Below, in pieces: positions 33,129 to 42,658 of a DNA stretch of 58,537 nt. A program made the position numbers and the translations under genes. Location: positions 1 to 58,537 of the forward strand of contig JAHECN010000002.1 in NCBI GenBank assembly GCA_024641735.1. Reading direction: 5' to 3'. This DNA is from Gemmatimonadota bacterium. GTDB taxonomy: Bacteria; Gemmatimonadota; Gemmatimonadetes; Gemmatimonadales; GWC2-71-9. The notes under the pieces were generated by a model, which made no database searches, was not told where the DNA came from, and saw only the letters and a program-made list of their open reading frames with translations. Position 1 is the first letter of the stretch; every line of letters starts with the position of its first letter.

Positions 33129-35542
33129 TGGCCCGCGTTCGTGCTTGCCTGGTTCTCTCCTCACTGATTCTGCTTGCCACCGTCGCACCGGTCACCGCGC
33201 AAGGAGTCGGGGCCGGGACTGGTGGGGCCATCCGACGCGCCCAGGAAGCGCGGCTTGCTGGCACGGCGCGGCGGGTCTTGTTGATCGGGGCGCACCCGGA
33301 TGATGAGGACACCGAGCTCCTGACCATCCTGACGCGCGGTCAGGGCGTTGAGACAGCATACCTCTCCCTGACGCGTGGTGATGGTGGACAGAACCTGATT
33401 GGCACCGAACTCGGCCAGGCACTCGGCGTATTGCGGACCGAGGAGCTGCTGGCCGCCAGGGCCCTCGACGGGGGGCGGCAGTACTTCTCGCGTGCCTACG
33501 ACTTCGGCTTCTCCAAGAGTCCAGCGGAGGCGTTCCGCTTCTGGCCGCGGGATTCCTTGGTGAAGGACGCGGTCCGGATCATCCGTCGCTTTCGCCCGCA
33601 GGTTGTGATCTCCATGTGGGCCGGCACAGCAATCGACGGGCATGGACATCATCAAGCCGCGGGGATGGTCGCACGGGAAGCCTTTGATGCGGCGGGCGAC
33701 GCGTCGCGCTTTCCTGAGTTGCAGCGGGAAGAAGGACTCTCTGCGTGGCAGCCGAGCAAGTTCTATCGCAGTGGACGGCAGGAGCGCGAGACGCCGGCGC
33801 TCGTTCTCGACGGCGGTGTGCTCGATCCCGCGGAGGGACAATCCCTCCATCAGATTGCGATGCGCAGTCGGTCGCTGCATCGCTCACAGGACCAGGGTCG
33901 ACTGGAAGATCCGGGTCCCTCGAGTGCGCGAGTGATTCTCGTCGCGACGGCCGCTGGCGTGCGGGCGAGTGTGTCAGATTCTCTCTTCGCGGGCGTCGTT
34001 GTCGCCCCATCCACCGGTGAAGATTCACACTCGGCGGGAGTCCGACTCGCCGATGCCGGGATCATCCTCGATCTCGTGGCGGACGACGATGAGGTGGTGC
34101 GGGGGCAGGAGGTCACCGTTACCGCGACCGTGTGGAATGGCGGTCCCACACCGATTCAGGCGACCATCCTGCCGCTGCAGCGGCGGGGTTGGACGATGCC
34201 GAGTGGGACCTGCACCACGACGCTCGGCGTGATTGCTCCGGGTGCGATGGTGCAGTGTCGATATACGGCCGCGGTGTCGGATGACGCCGAGCCGACCACG
34301 CCGTATTTTCTCCGGGTCGGGATGAATGGGGCCTCGTATCGCTGGGACATGACCGACCCCACGCTGATCGGAGAACCCTTCGAGTCGGCACCGGTCGCGG
34401 CGGCGTTCACCCTGCGGTTGGCGAGTGGCGACTCCATCCGCACGATCCGCGAGGCCACTGCCCGTACGCTTGATCAGGCTGTCGGCGAAGTGCGCCACCC
34501 CGTGCAGGTCGTGCCGCGCATTGCCGTCGATCTTTCGCCGGACAAGTTGCTCTGGCCGATTGGGGTCCGGGCGCGCCCGTTCCGTGTCACGCTCGAACAT
34601 CTCGCGAAGGACTCGAGCGCGGCCGAGGTGTCATTGCTCCTGCCACCGGGATGGTCGACGAGTGCGCCGAAGCGGGTGGTTCTGCGTCACGAGGGCGAGC
34701 GCGCGGAAGCGGTCTTCACGGTTACCGCTCCGGCACGCGCACTCTCCGGCGAGTACGCGATTGCGGCGCGCGTCGTGACGCGAGGTGACACGTCGGATGT
34801 CGGCCTCACGCGAGTCCGCTACCCGCACATCCGGTCGCGCAATATCGTGACGCATGCCCGCGCGGTTCTGGTGCTTGACGCGGTGACCTTCCCGCGGACC
34901 CGGGCGATTGCCTATGTGCGCGGCGCCGCAGATCAGGTCCCCGAGGCGTTGCGCAACACGGGGCTGCCAGTCCGCGTGATCACGGGCGATGCGATCGAGG
35001 GGAGCGTGCTTGACTCCTTCCGGGTCGTGGTGATTGGTCCGCGCGCCTATGAGGTGGACCCTGCACTCCAGCGCGCGCATCCCAAACTGATGCGATGGTT
35101 GGAACGTGGCGGCACGCTGATCATGCAATACCAGCAGTACCCGTTCCTGCGTGGCGGCTTTGCGCCATTGCCATTCACGATCAGTTCGCCACATGATCGG
35201 GTCGCCGAAGAGGATGCGCCGGTGACCGTGCTGGTGCCAATGTCGCCGGTGTTCCGGACGCCAAATCGCATCCGTGCAGCGGATTTCGATGGCTGGACGC
35301 AGGAGCGCGGACTCTACTTCGCCCGGAGCTGGGATTCGGCGTGGACGCCACTCCTCGAGATGCATGACAGCGACGATGCGCGGCGCGAGGGCTCCCTCCT
35401 GATTGGACGCCGGGGCCGCGGAACGGTGGTGTACACGGGGCTCGCGTTCTTCCGTCAACTTCCTGCCGCCGTGCCTGGCGCGTGGCGCCTCTTCATGAAT
35501 CTCCTCGCCCTCGGCGATCCATTGCCGGCCCGGCGGCCGTGA
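33128..35542 (+). CDS. Large secreted PIG-L (LmbE) family deacetylase-domain protein
   Basis: Start placed at ATG 33128 (MARVRACLVLSSLILLATVAPVTAQ signal). PIG-L motif LLIGAHPDDEDTELL, plus HGHHQA. A long C-terminal extension includes a GATase1/ThuA-like stretch (VVVIGPRAYE...GGTLIMQYQQ). Confidence 0.7.
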   Translation: MARVRACLVLSSLILLATVAPVTAQGVGAGTGGAIRRAQEARLAGTARRVLLIGAHPDDEDTELLTILTRGQGVETAYLSLTRGDGGQNLIGTELGQALGVLRTEELLAARALDGGRQYFSRAYDFGFSKSPAEAFRFWPRDSLVKDAVRIIRRFRPQVVISMWAGTAIDGHGHHQAAGMVAREAFDAAGDASRFPELQREEGLSAWQPSKFYRSGRQERETPALVLDGGVLDPAEGQSLHQIAMRSRSLHRSQDQGRLEDPGPSSARVILVATAAGVRASVSDSLFAGVVVAPSTGEDSHSAGVRLADAGIILDLVADDDEVVRGQEVTVTATVWNGGPTPIQATILPLQRRGWTMPSGTCTTTLGVIAPGAMVQCRYTAAVSDDAEPTTPYFLRVGMNGASYRWDMTDPTLIGEPFESAPVAAAFTLRLASGDSIRTIREATARTLDQAVGEVRHPVQVVPRIAVDLSPDKLLWPIGVRARPFRVTLEHLAKDSSAAEVSLLLPPGWSTSAPKRVVLRHEGERAEAVFTVTAPARALSGEYAIAARVVTRGDTSDVGLTRVRYPHIRSRNIVTHARAVLVLDAVTFPRTRAIAYVRGAADQVPEALRNTGLPVRVITGDAIEGSVLDSFRVVVIGPRAYEVDPALQRAHPKLMRWLERGGTLIMQYQQYPFLRGGFAPLPFTISSPHDRVAEEDAPVTVLVPMSPVFRTPNRIRAADFDGWTQERGLYFARSWDSAWTPLLEMHDSDDARREGSLLIGRRGRGTVVYTGLAFFRQLPAAVPGAWRLFMNLLALGDPLPARRP

Positions 35543-36753
35543 CCGCTCGCACCTCCGCCGCAACCAAACGCGAACAACTGCGACAGCTCTGGGTGCTGAT
35601 CGCCGTGAATTTTGTCGACATGCTCGGCTTCGCGATCATTCTGCCGTTGCTGCCATTCTACGCGCTCCGCCTCCAAGCCACGCCAGAAATGATCGGCTGG
35701 ATGATCGCCTCCTTCTCGATCGCCCAGCTGGTGGCGTCTCCCGTCTGGGGGCGTGTCTCCGATCGCTACGGCCGCCGACCCGCACTGCTGATCGGGTTGA
35801 CCGCCTCGGCGATTGCCTTTCTCGTCTTTGGCCTGGCAGACACGCTCTGGCTCCTCTTCCTCTCGCGGATCGTGCAAGGCGCCGGCGGCGGGACGACCGG
35901 AGTGGCCCAAGCCTACGTGTCCGATACGGTGGCGCCGGGGGATCGCGCGCGGGCACTGGGCTGGCTCTCCGCGGCGACTGCGGCGGGTGTGATGGTCGGC
36001 CCGGCAATCGGATCGGTCGCGACGCATTGGGGACACGCCGCCCCGGGGTTTCTGGCCGCGGGGCTCTGCTTCCTGAACGCGCTGGCGGCGTGGAAGTGGT
36101 TGCCGGAGTCGCGGAGTCCGGAGGATCGTGCGACTCCGAAGCAACGGAAGCCGATCTGGCACGCGGCGTGGATGGTCGTTCGCCACCCTGCCGGGCGGGC
36201 GGCGCGTCTCATCTGGGTGTATGGCACCGGGATGCTGGCGTTCTCGTTGCTGACCAGCGTGCTCGCGCTCTGGCTCGATGCGCGGTTCGGCGTGACGGAA
36301 AAGACCATTGGTTGGTTCTTCGTCTACAACGGCATGCTCTCGCTGTTGCTACGCTCCCTGATGCTTGGGCCGGTGGTGGATCGGATCGGGGAAACTCGCG
36401 CCATGCGGCTGGGCGCCGCGATTCTGGCCGTGGGGCTGGTGCTGTACACGACGGCGCCGACTGTCTGGGTCCTTGCTGCGATCATTCCGCTGGTGCCGAT
36501 TGGGACCGCGCTCCTCTTCCCGGCGGCGACGTCGCTCCTTTCGCACGCCACCGATCCGGACGAGTTGGGAACGACCATGGGCGTGGCGCAGACCTTCGCG
36601 GGAGTCGCCCGCATCATTGCGCCGATCGCCGGGACGATCGCGTTCCAGCGGATCGGAATCGACGCGCCGTTCCAGCTTGCGGGCGTGACGATGCTGATCG
36701 TGGCACTGATCTCCTGGCGCTTCATTCGTCCCCCTTCCACTGCGGCGGTCTAA
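35539..36753 (+). CDS. MFS transporter
   Basis: 12 predicted TM helices. MFS signature GRVSDRYGRRP between TM2 and TM3. GTG 35539 overlaps the upstream stop (GTGA); the ORF-track start at 35482 is also possible. Confidence 0.75.
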   Translation: MTARTSAATKREQLRQLWVLIAVNFVDMLGFAIILPLLPFYALRLQATPEMIGWMIASFSIAQLVASPVWGRVSDRYGRRPALLIGLTASAIAFLVFGLADTLWLLFLSRIVQGAGGGTTGVAQAYVSDTVAPGDRARALGWLSAATAAGVMVGPAIGSVATHWGHAAPGFLAAGLCFLNALAAWKWLPESRSPEDRATPKQRKPIWHAAWMVVRHPAGRAARLIWVYGTGMLAFSLLTSVLALWLDARFGVTEKTIGWFFVYNGMLSLLLRSLMLGPVVDRIGETRAMRLGAAILAVGLVLYTTAPTVWVLAAIIPLVPIGTALLFPAATSLLSHATDPDELGTTMGVAQTFAGVARIIAPIAGTIAFQRIGIDAPFQLAGVTMLIVALISWRFIRPPSTAAV

Positions 36754-36781
36754 GGATGTTCGGCGCGATTATCATCCCTGC

Positions 36782-38494
36782 ATGACACTCCCCTCCCTGC
36801 CTGAAACCGCAGCCGGTTTCGCCGACGCCAGCTGGGACACGATCGCCGGGCACTATCGTGCGCTCGCGGCTGTCGCGGTCGACGTGGCATCGCTCGAGGA
36901 GTGGCTTGCGCGGTGGTCCCGGCTCGATGAGCTGGTCACCGAGGCGGCCTCACTGGCGATGATTGCCTACACCTGTGACACTGCCGACCCCGCCAAGGAA
37001 GCGGCACACCTCCGCTTCTCCACCGAGATTCTCCCGAAGCTCGAGGAGGAGGAAGTTGCGCTCGCCAAGCGGTTCGTCGCGATTGGCACGGACCGCCCGG
37101 ACCTGCAGACGGTGCTCCGCAGATTTCGGACGGCGATCGAGATCTTCCGCGAGGAGAATGTGCCGCTGGTGGCCGAGGCGGAGGGATTGGCCGCGAGGTA
37201 CCAGCAGATCACCGGTTCGATGACCGCCGCGTGGGACGGAGATCAGGTGCCCTTGCCGCGTCTTTCCCCCTTCTTGAAGAGCCCGGATCGCGGGATTCGG
37301 GAGGGCGCGTGGCGCGCCGCCACGGCGCCCTACGTCGCGGCACGGGACGAACTGGCAACGCTCTTTGATCGGCTCGTGGCGCTCCGGGGGACGATGGCCA
37401 GCAATGCGGGCTTCTCCGATTATCGAGCATACGTGTTTGCGGCCAAGTGCCGCTTTGACTATACGCCGGCTGACTGTGAACGCCTTCACGACGCCATCGC
37501 GGAGAGCGTTGGCCCCGCACTCGAGCGAGCCATGGTGGCTCGGCGGGAACGGCTTGGTCTCCGCGTGCTCCGCCCGTGGGACATGGCCGTCGACCCATGG
37601 CGGACCGACCCGCCGGTCCCATACCGAACGGTCGATGAGTTCCAGGAAGGGGCGGCCCGGATCTTTAGTGCGGTGGATCCTGCCCTTGGCGGCGAGTTCC
37701 GGACGATGATGGCGGAGGGGCTCCTCGACTTGGAGTCGCGCACCGGGAAGGCCCCTGGCGGGTACTGCGACACCCTGCACGCGCGTGGCCGGCCATTCGT
37801 CTTCATGAACGCCGCCGGTGTGCCCGAAGACGTCACGACCCTGCTCCATGAAGCCGGGCATTGTTTCCATGCGTTCTCCTCGCATGCGCTGCCATTCATC
37901 TGGCAGCGGCACCCAGGCGCCGAGTCCGCGGAACTCGCGTCGATGTCGATGGAGCTGCTGGCTGCGCCGCATCTCGAAGCCCCGACGGGGTATTACAGCA
38001 AGGCAGACGCGGTCTCGACCCGATTGGAGCATCTCGAAGATCTGCTCATCTCGCTGGCCCACATCGCCTCGGTCGACGCCTTCCAGAGTTGGATTTATAC
38101 CGACCCGGCCGGGGGAGACGCCGGGGCGCGGGATCAGGCGTGGTTGCGCTTGCGGGAGCGGTTTGAGCCCGGGCTCGACTGGAGCGGACTCGCGGAAGAG
38201 CGCGTGTCCCGGTGGTATCGACAGCTCCATATCTTCCTCTATCCGTTCTACTACATCGAGTATGGTCTCGCGCAGATCGGAGCCTTGCAGGTCTGGCGGA
38301 ATGCGCGCCGAGACCCGGCCGGCGCGGTACGGGCGTATCGGGAGTTCCTGGCTCTCGGGGCGACTCGCCCGCTCCCGGAGCTCTACCGAGCGGCCGGGGT
38401 CGAGCTCTCCTTCGAGAAGGGGATGCTGAGCGAGCTGGTGGAGCTGGTGGAGGAGGAAATGGAGCGCCTCAGGGCGATTCTGCGCACCCACTAG
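36782..38494 (+). CDS. M3 family oligoendopeptidase (PepF-like)
   Basis: 570 aa with the zinc motif [10 protein letters not shown] and a downstream E. Length and layout are typical of M3B. Confidence 0.75.
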   Translation: MTLPSLPETAAGFADASWDTIAGHYRALAAVAVDVASLEEWLARWSRLDELVTEAASLAMIAYTCDTADPAKEAAHLRFSTEILPKLEEEEVALAKRFVAIGTDRPDLQTVLRRFRTAIEIFREENVPLVAEAEGLAARYQQITGSMTAAWDGDQVPLPRLSPFLKSPDRGIREGAWRAATAPYVAARDELATLFDRLVALRGTMASNAGFSDYRAYVFAAKCRFDYTPADCERLHDAIAESVGPALERAMVARRERLGLRVLRPWDMAVDPWRTDPPVPYRTVDEFQEGAARIFSAVDPALGGEFRTMMAEGLLDLESRTGKAPGGYCDTLHARGRPFVFMNAAGVPEDVTTLLHEAGHCFHAFSSHALPFIWQRHPGAESAELASMSMELLAAPHLEAPTGYYSKADAVSTRLEHLEDLLISLAHIASVDAFQSWIYTDPAGGDAGARDQAWLRLRERFEPGLDWSGLAEERVSRWYRQLHIFLYPFYYIEYGLAQIGALQVWRNARRDPAGAVRAYREFLALGATRPLPELYRAAGVELSFEKGMLSELVELVEEEMERLRAILRTH

Positions 38495-38601
38495 CCGGGT
38501 CGCGGTGGGGCCGCCGCCATTGCGCCCGCCAAGAGGGGAGGGCATTTTCAGCCGCTGGGTCCCGTCGGCCCAGGGTAGTCTTCTCAGTACTCGGAGCGTG
38601 G

Positions 38602-38820
38602 ATGGCGAAGGAAGAAGGCATTGAAATGGAAGGCGTGGTCCAGGAAGTCCTCCCGGATCGCAACTATCGTGTGCTCCTGGAAAACGGCCACACCATTCTG
38701 GCGTATGCTGCCGGGAAGATGTCGAAGTTCAAGATCCGCGTGCTGGAAGGCGATCGGGTGTCCGTGGTCTTGTCACCGTACGATCTGACCCGCGGCCGAG
38801 TGGTCTACCGGCACAAGTAG
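38602..38820 (+). CDS. infA: Translation initiation factor IF-1
   Basis: [72 protein letters not shown] aligns along its full length with E. coli IF1. Confidence 0.95.
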   Translation: MAKEEGIEMEGVVQEVLPDRNYRVLLENGHTILAYAAGKMSKFKIRVLEGDRVSVVLSPYDLTRGRVVYRHK

Positions 38821-38830
38821 TTCCGTCGCG

Positions 38831-40576
38831 TCAGTTCCCCAGGATTCTCGCCGCCAGGCGCGTCAGCTCATTCCCGCGCCGCCGCGCCCCCTTCAGCACC
38901 GCCTCTTCCAACGCACTCCGAAATTCGCCTGCGGAACCGTATCGGGCATCGGCGTCGTTCCGCATGGCGCGCGTCAGCACGTGGGCAATCGCTTCGTGGA
39001 CGTCGGGACGTTCTTCGACAAGATCCGGAAGCGCGTCCGTCGTCTGCTTGGCCAGGATCTGTTCCAGTGTCCCGCCGAGGAATGGCGGTCGCCCGAGCAG
39101 CGCGAAGAGCGCCACGGCTGCGAGCGAATAGAGGTCGGTGCGCTGGTCGACGCGTTCGCCGAGCAACTGTTCTGGCGAGGCGAATTGTGGCGTCCCGCTC
39201 CGGGAGGTGGCTCCGCCGAACCGCCCCTGACCGCGCAGGGCCAGCGCCAACCCAAAGTCCGTGATCCGGAGCGATCCATCGCGCTCGAGTAGCAGGTTCT
39301 CGGGTTTGATGTCGCGGTGCACGAGCCCGAGTGCGTGCGCGCTGCCCAGCGCGGAAAGCGCTTCGCGCAGGATGCGCAGCACCCGTTCCACGGGCAACGG
39401 TCCCTCGCGCTCGACCAGTTGCGCGATGTTCGGGCCGTCGACGATCTCCATCGTGTACCAGAGCAACCCGGACCGACCGGCGATGTCGTAGATGTTGACG
39501 ATGTTGGCATGGTTGAGCCGCGCCGCGAGTTGGGCCTCACGGCGGAAGCGTTCGACCGTGGCGAGATCCTGCGTCAGGTGCGGGTGCAGGACCTTCAATG
39601 CCACCTCGCGCTCGAGGTGCAGGTCGCGCACGCGATACACCCGCCCGAAGCCACCCTGACCCAACTCGCCGAGGAGTTCATAGTCATCTCCGAGGGCGCG
39701 CCGCATCCTGGCTTCCCAGTGCGGCCCATCTGCCAACTCGACCGGCAGCGTCGGCAACGCCACTGCGACCGCGTCGAACGTTCCGGCTTCGCTGGCAAAG
39801 TCCTCAAGCATTTCGGCGGCGGTGAGATAGCGGCGGTTCGGTTCGGGATGCAGCGCGCGGACGATCACGCGTTCGAGGGCGCCGGGAATGACATTGCGAA
39901 TGGCGCGTGGGGCAACGAGTTCGACCGGGTCGAGCGGCGGCGTCGTGGCCGTAATGGCGTAGTAGAGCACGGCACCAGCCGTGTAGACGTCGCCGGTGGG
40001 GTCACCGGCCAGGCCGTCCCGGATTTCGGGTGCCAGGAAGGGCAGGCCGGTGGGGATCTCGTCGGCCGGAATGTCCGGAAGCGTCAGATTGCAGTAGCGG
40101 AGGTCGGTGACGGTACCGCGTCCGGTGGTCGTCAGGAGCAGCGACGCGGGCACGATGCGGCGCACGATGATCCCGTGCGCGTGGGCATGCTCGAGGGCCC
40201 CCAGGAGGTCGCGGGCCAACACGTGGACGCTGGGGATCGGCCGAGGACCCCGATGCACGGCTTCCGCGAGGCTCTCGCCTTCAATCCAGTTCCCCACGCG
40301 GTATGCCAGATCATCGACAATCGCCGCCTCATAGACATGGCGAATCGCGGGATGGTCGAGCCGGGCCAGCGCCTCGGCTTCCTTCAGGAACCAATTTCGG
40401 AACGCGTCACCAGTGTCGAGATTGACGCGCAGCGACACGAGGCGATTGAGACGGAGGTCGCGCGCACGGAAGAGGAGCCGCTCACTCGAGGCAGCAATTG
40501 AGCCCTCGAGCCGAAAGCGGTGACCAAGCGCCGTGGTGACGCGCTGGAGCAGGGGTTCTGGAATGACGACCGACAT
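38831..40576 (-). CDS. Tandem Hanks-type protein: N-terminal pseudokinase domain plus C-terminal active Ser/Thr kinase domain
   Basis: Domain 2 is canonical: GQGGFGRVY, VALKVL, HRDIKPENLLL, DFGLA, SPE. Domain 1 has the same spacing but degenerate catalytic positions: EGSIAASS, VSLRV, VRRIVPASLLL, DLR. No TM segment is visible. Confidence 0.8.
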   Translation of the reverse strand: MSVVIPEPLLQRVTTALGHRFRLEGSIAASSERLLFRARDLRLNRLVSLRVNLDTGDAFRNWFLKEAEALARLDHPAIRHVYEAAIVDDLAYRVGNWIEGESLAEAVHRGPRPIPSVHVLARDLLGALEHAHAHGIIVRRIVPASLLLTTTGRGTVTDLRYCNLTLPDIPADEIPTGLPFLAPEIRDGLAGDPTGDVYTAGAVLYYAITATTPPLDPVELVAPRAIRNVIPGALERVIVRALHPEPNRRYLTAAEMLEDFASEAGTFDAVAVALPTLPVELADGPHWEARMRRALGDDYELLGELGQGGFGRVYRVRDLHLEREVALKVLHPHLTQDLATVERFRREAQLAARLNHANIVNIYDIAGRSGLLWYTMEIVDGPNIAQLVEREGPLPVERVLRILREALSALGSAHALGLVHRDIKPENLLLERDGSLRITDFGLALALRGQGRFGGATSRSGTPQFASPEQLLGERVDQRTDLYSLAAVALFALLGRPPFLGGTLEQILAKQTTDALPDLVEERPDVHEAIAHVLTRAMRNDADARYGSAGEFRSALEEAVLKGARRRGNELTRLAARILGN

Positions 40577-40596
40577 GCCGGAAAGATACCCGCCTG

Positions 40597-41217
40597 CTAG
40601 CCGTCGCGATGTACCGCGTTGGTAAAGCGCGCGCGCAAGGAGTTCAGTTCCTGACGAAGTGCCCGACCCGGCCAGTCCTCCCGGCGGGCGAGCGCGTCAG
40701 CGAGATCCCCATACCACGCCGTCATGAGTGGTGCTGGTGCCAGCCCCTGCGCGGGGAGGTACTCGATGCCCAGACGCTCCACGAGGGTGATGGCGGTGCC
40801 GCACTGGTGGATCTCGTCGGCGCAGCAGATGTCGAGGGCGCGAGGCTCCATCGTGGCCAGGGCGGTGAGCAAGAGTCGCTTCCGGTGGGACCAGGGGACC
40901 AGGGCACCGTGGGCATCCACGAGTTGCTCCACCGCGTCGCGCGCGACGCTCAGGACCACCGGACCGAATTTCTCATTGATCTTCGCCGTCAGCGCGGATC
41001 GGTCACTGCCCGGACAGACTTCGATCACATGGTGCAGGATCCCTGCGACCAAGGTCGTCTCGTCCGCGCCGTGCCGTGCGAGGATGATGGCCACGTTGGC
41101 GGGGTGTGCCACGTAGTGCATCGCGCCGTCTTCCGGTGCGTACGGCGCATGGTACTTCGCGGCGAATGCCAGTGCGTGATTGATGCGGTCGCTGTAACCC
41201 TGCACGGGCACACTCAC
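40597..41217 (-). CDS. SpoT/Mesh1-like HD-domain protein with HD to HH substitution
   Basis: GTG 41217 overlaps the queE stop (GTGA). ALAFAAKYH..., YVAHPANVAIIL, LVAGILHHVIE and CCADEIHQ align with the RelA/SpoT hydrolase motifs (H, HP, LHDvvED, ADRLHN). Confidence 0.6.
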   Translation of the reverse strand: MSVPVQGYSDRINHALAFAAKYHAPYAPEDGAMHYVAHPANVAIILARHGADETTLVAGILHHVIEVCPGSDRSALTAKINEKFGPVVLSVARDAVEQLVDAHGALVPWSHRKRLLLTALATMEPRALDICCADEIHQCGTAITLVERLGIEYLPAQGLAPAPLMTAWYGDLADALARREDWPGRALRQELNSLRARFTNAVHRDG

Positions 41218-41852
41218 GGGATGGCGAGGAACTTGTGGGTCTGGAGGGAGAGCCCCCAGCGCGGGTGGGCCAAACAATATGCCACGGCGGATGCTGTGTT
41301 CGCTTCGCGGTCGGGTCCATCCATTGGCTGCAGCAGGTGGTACCGGAAGTCCAAGTGCGCGAACTGCTCGGGCATGGCCGCCGGCTGCGGGAAGACCAGC
41401 TTCAACTCATGGCCGTGCGTCTGCACGAGCGTCGTGCCGGACTTGGGCGACACACAGATCCAGTCGACGCCGGGAACGACGGCGTGGGTTCCGTTGGTCT
41501 CGATCGCGACCTCGAAACCGAGAGCATGCAACGCGTCGACGGCCGCCACATCCAACTGGAGTGTCGGTTCCCCACCGGTGCACACGACATACCGTCGATC
41601 GCTCGTGTCGTCCGCCGGCCACGCCGCGGCGACGGCGGCCGCCAGCGCCTCAGCCGTCGCGAACTTGCCACCTCCGGGCCCATCCGTGCCGACGAAGTCG
41701 GTATCACAGAACTGGCAGATGGCCTTGGCGCGATCGGCCTCGCGACCCGTCCAGAGGTTGCATCCCGCAAAGCGACAGAACACCGCGGGACGGCCGGCGT
41801 GCTGACCCTCGCCTTGCAGGGTGTAGTAGATCTCCTTGACGGCGTAGCTCAC
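41214..41852 (-). CDS. queE: 7-carboxy-7-deazaguanine synthase (radical SAM)
   Basis: [30 protein letters not shown]... is a typical QueE N-terminus with the CxxxCxxW-type cluster region. 4-nt overlap with queC. Confidence 0.85.
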   Translation of the reverse strand: MSYAVKEIYYTLQGEGQHAGRPAVFCRFAGCNLWTGREADRAKAICQFCDTDFVGTDGPGGGKFATAEALAAAVAAAWPADDTSDRRYVVCTGGEPTLQLDVAAVDALHALGFEVAIETNGTHAVVPGVDWICVSPKSGTTLVQTHGHELKLVFPQPAAMPEQFAHLDFRYHLLQPMDGPDREANTASAVAYCLAHPRWGLSLQTHKFLAIP

Positions 41853-42535
41853 CGGACTCCCTCCTGATACGGGGCGGGATCCATCACGCCGATCTCACGA
41901 AAGCCCTTGAGGCGGAGGACGCAGGCGTCGCACCGGCCGCACGCGGCGCCCACGTCATTCGGATCGTAACAGGTGCGCGTCATGCCGAAGTCGACGCCGA
42001 GCCCGATGCCTCGCGCCGCGATGCCGGCCTTGGTCAGCTCGGCGAGCGGGGTGTGAATCGTGAGCCCCGTGATGCGCGTTCCGAGCCGTGCGGTCTGCTG
42101 AAACGCGGCGATGAACTCCGGCCGACAGTCCGGGTAGCCGGAGTAGTCCAGCGCGTTGACGCCGATGAACAAGTCCTCGGCGCCAACGACTTCGGCCCAG
42201 GCAAGCGCATACGAGAGGAAGATGGTGTTGCGGGCCGGCACATAGGTCACGGGAATGCCGGTGCCGATCGCGGCTTCGCCCCGGTCCTTGGGGACCGCGA
42301 GGTCGGCCGTCAACGCCGAGCCACCGAACGCTCCGAGATCGATGTCGACGACGCGGTGTTCAACGGCGCCGAGCGTCTCTGCAATCCGCGCCGCGGCATC
42401 GAGTTCGATGGCGTGGCGCTGGCCATAGCGGAAGGAAAGCGCGTAACACGCAAATCCTTCTGCCTTGGCAATGGCGAGACAGGTGGCGGAGTCCATCCCA
42501 CCGGAGAGGAGGACGACGGCGATACGGGGCGACAT
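41849..42535 (-). CDS. queC: 7-cyano-7-deazaguanine synthase
   Basis: Start placed at ATG 42535 ([21 protein letters not shown]-loop). C-terminal zinc cysteines [20 protein letters not shown]. The remainder of ORF 41849..44134 is an antisense artefact. Confidence 0.9.
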   Translation of the reverse strand: MSPRIAVVLLSGGMDSATCLAIAKAEGFACYALSFRYGQRHAIELDAAARIAETLGAVEHRVVDIDLGAFGGSALTADLAVPKDRGEAAIGTGIPVTYVPARNTIFLSYALAWAEVVGAEDLFIGVNALDYSGYPDCRPEFIAAFQQTARLGTRITGLTIHTPLAELTKAGIAARGIGLGVDFGMTRTCYDPNDVGAACGRCDACVLRLKGFREIGVMDPAPYQEGVR

Positions 42536-42658
42536 GGCCGGAAAATAGTCGTGTGCTGCCGTGCCCGGCGCGGGCGGGCACCGGAGCGCCCCCCCCGGAT
42601 CGTGGTGTACATTGGTTGGAGGCTGGTTCGCCCTCCGCCCGCCACCCCGAGGAATGCC

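Noticed and set aside
38212-38601. Long ORF fused in frame upstream of infA (202 aa).
   Set aside because: It overlaps the 3' end of the M3 peptidase gene in another frame, and IF-1 is complete (72 aa) from ATG 38602.
42536-42658. Possible preQ1 riboswitch upstream of queC.
   Set aside because: On the minus strand I could not find the small hairpin plus A-rich tail (…CCC…AAAAAACUA-like) of preQ1-I, or anything resembling preQ1-II/III. There is only a generic GTGCCCG/CGGGCAC hairpin. A cmsearch would settle it.
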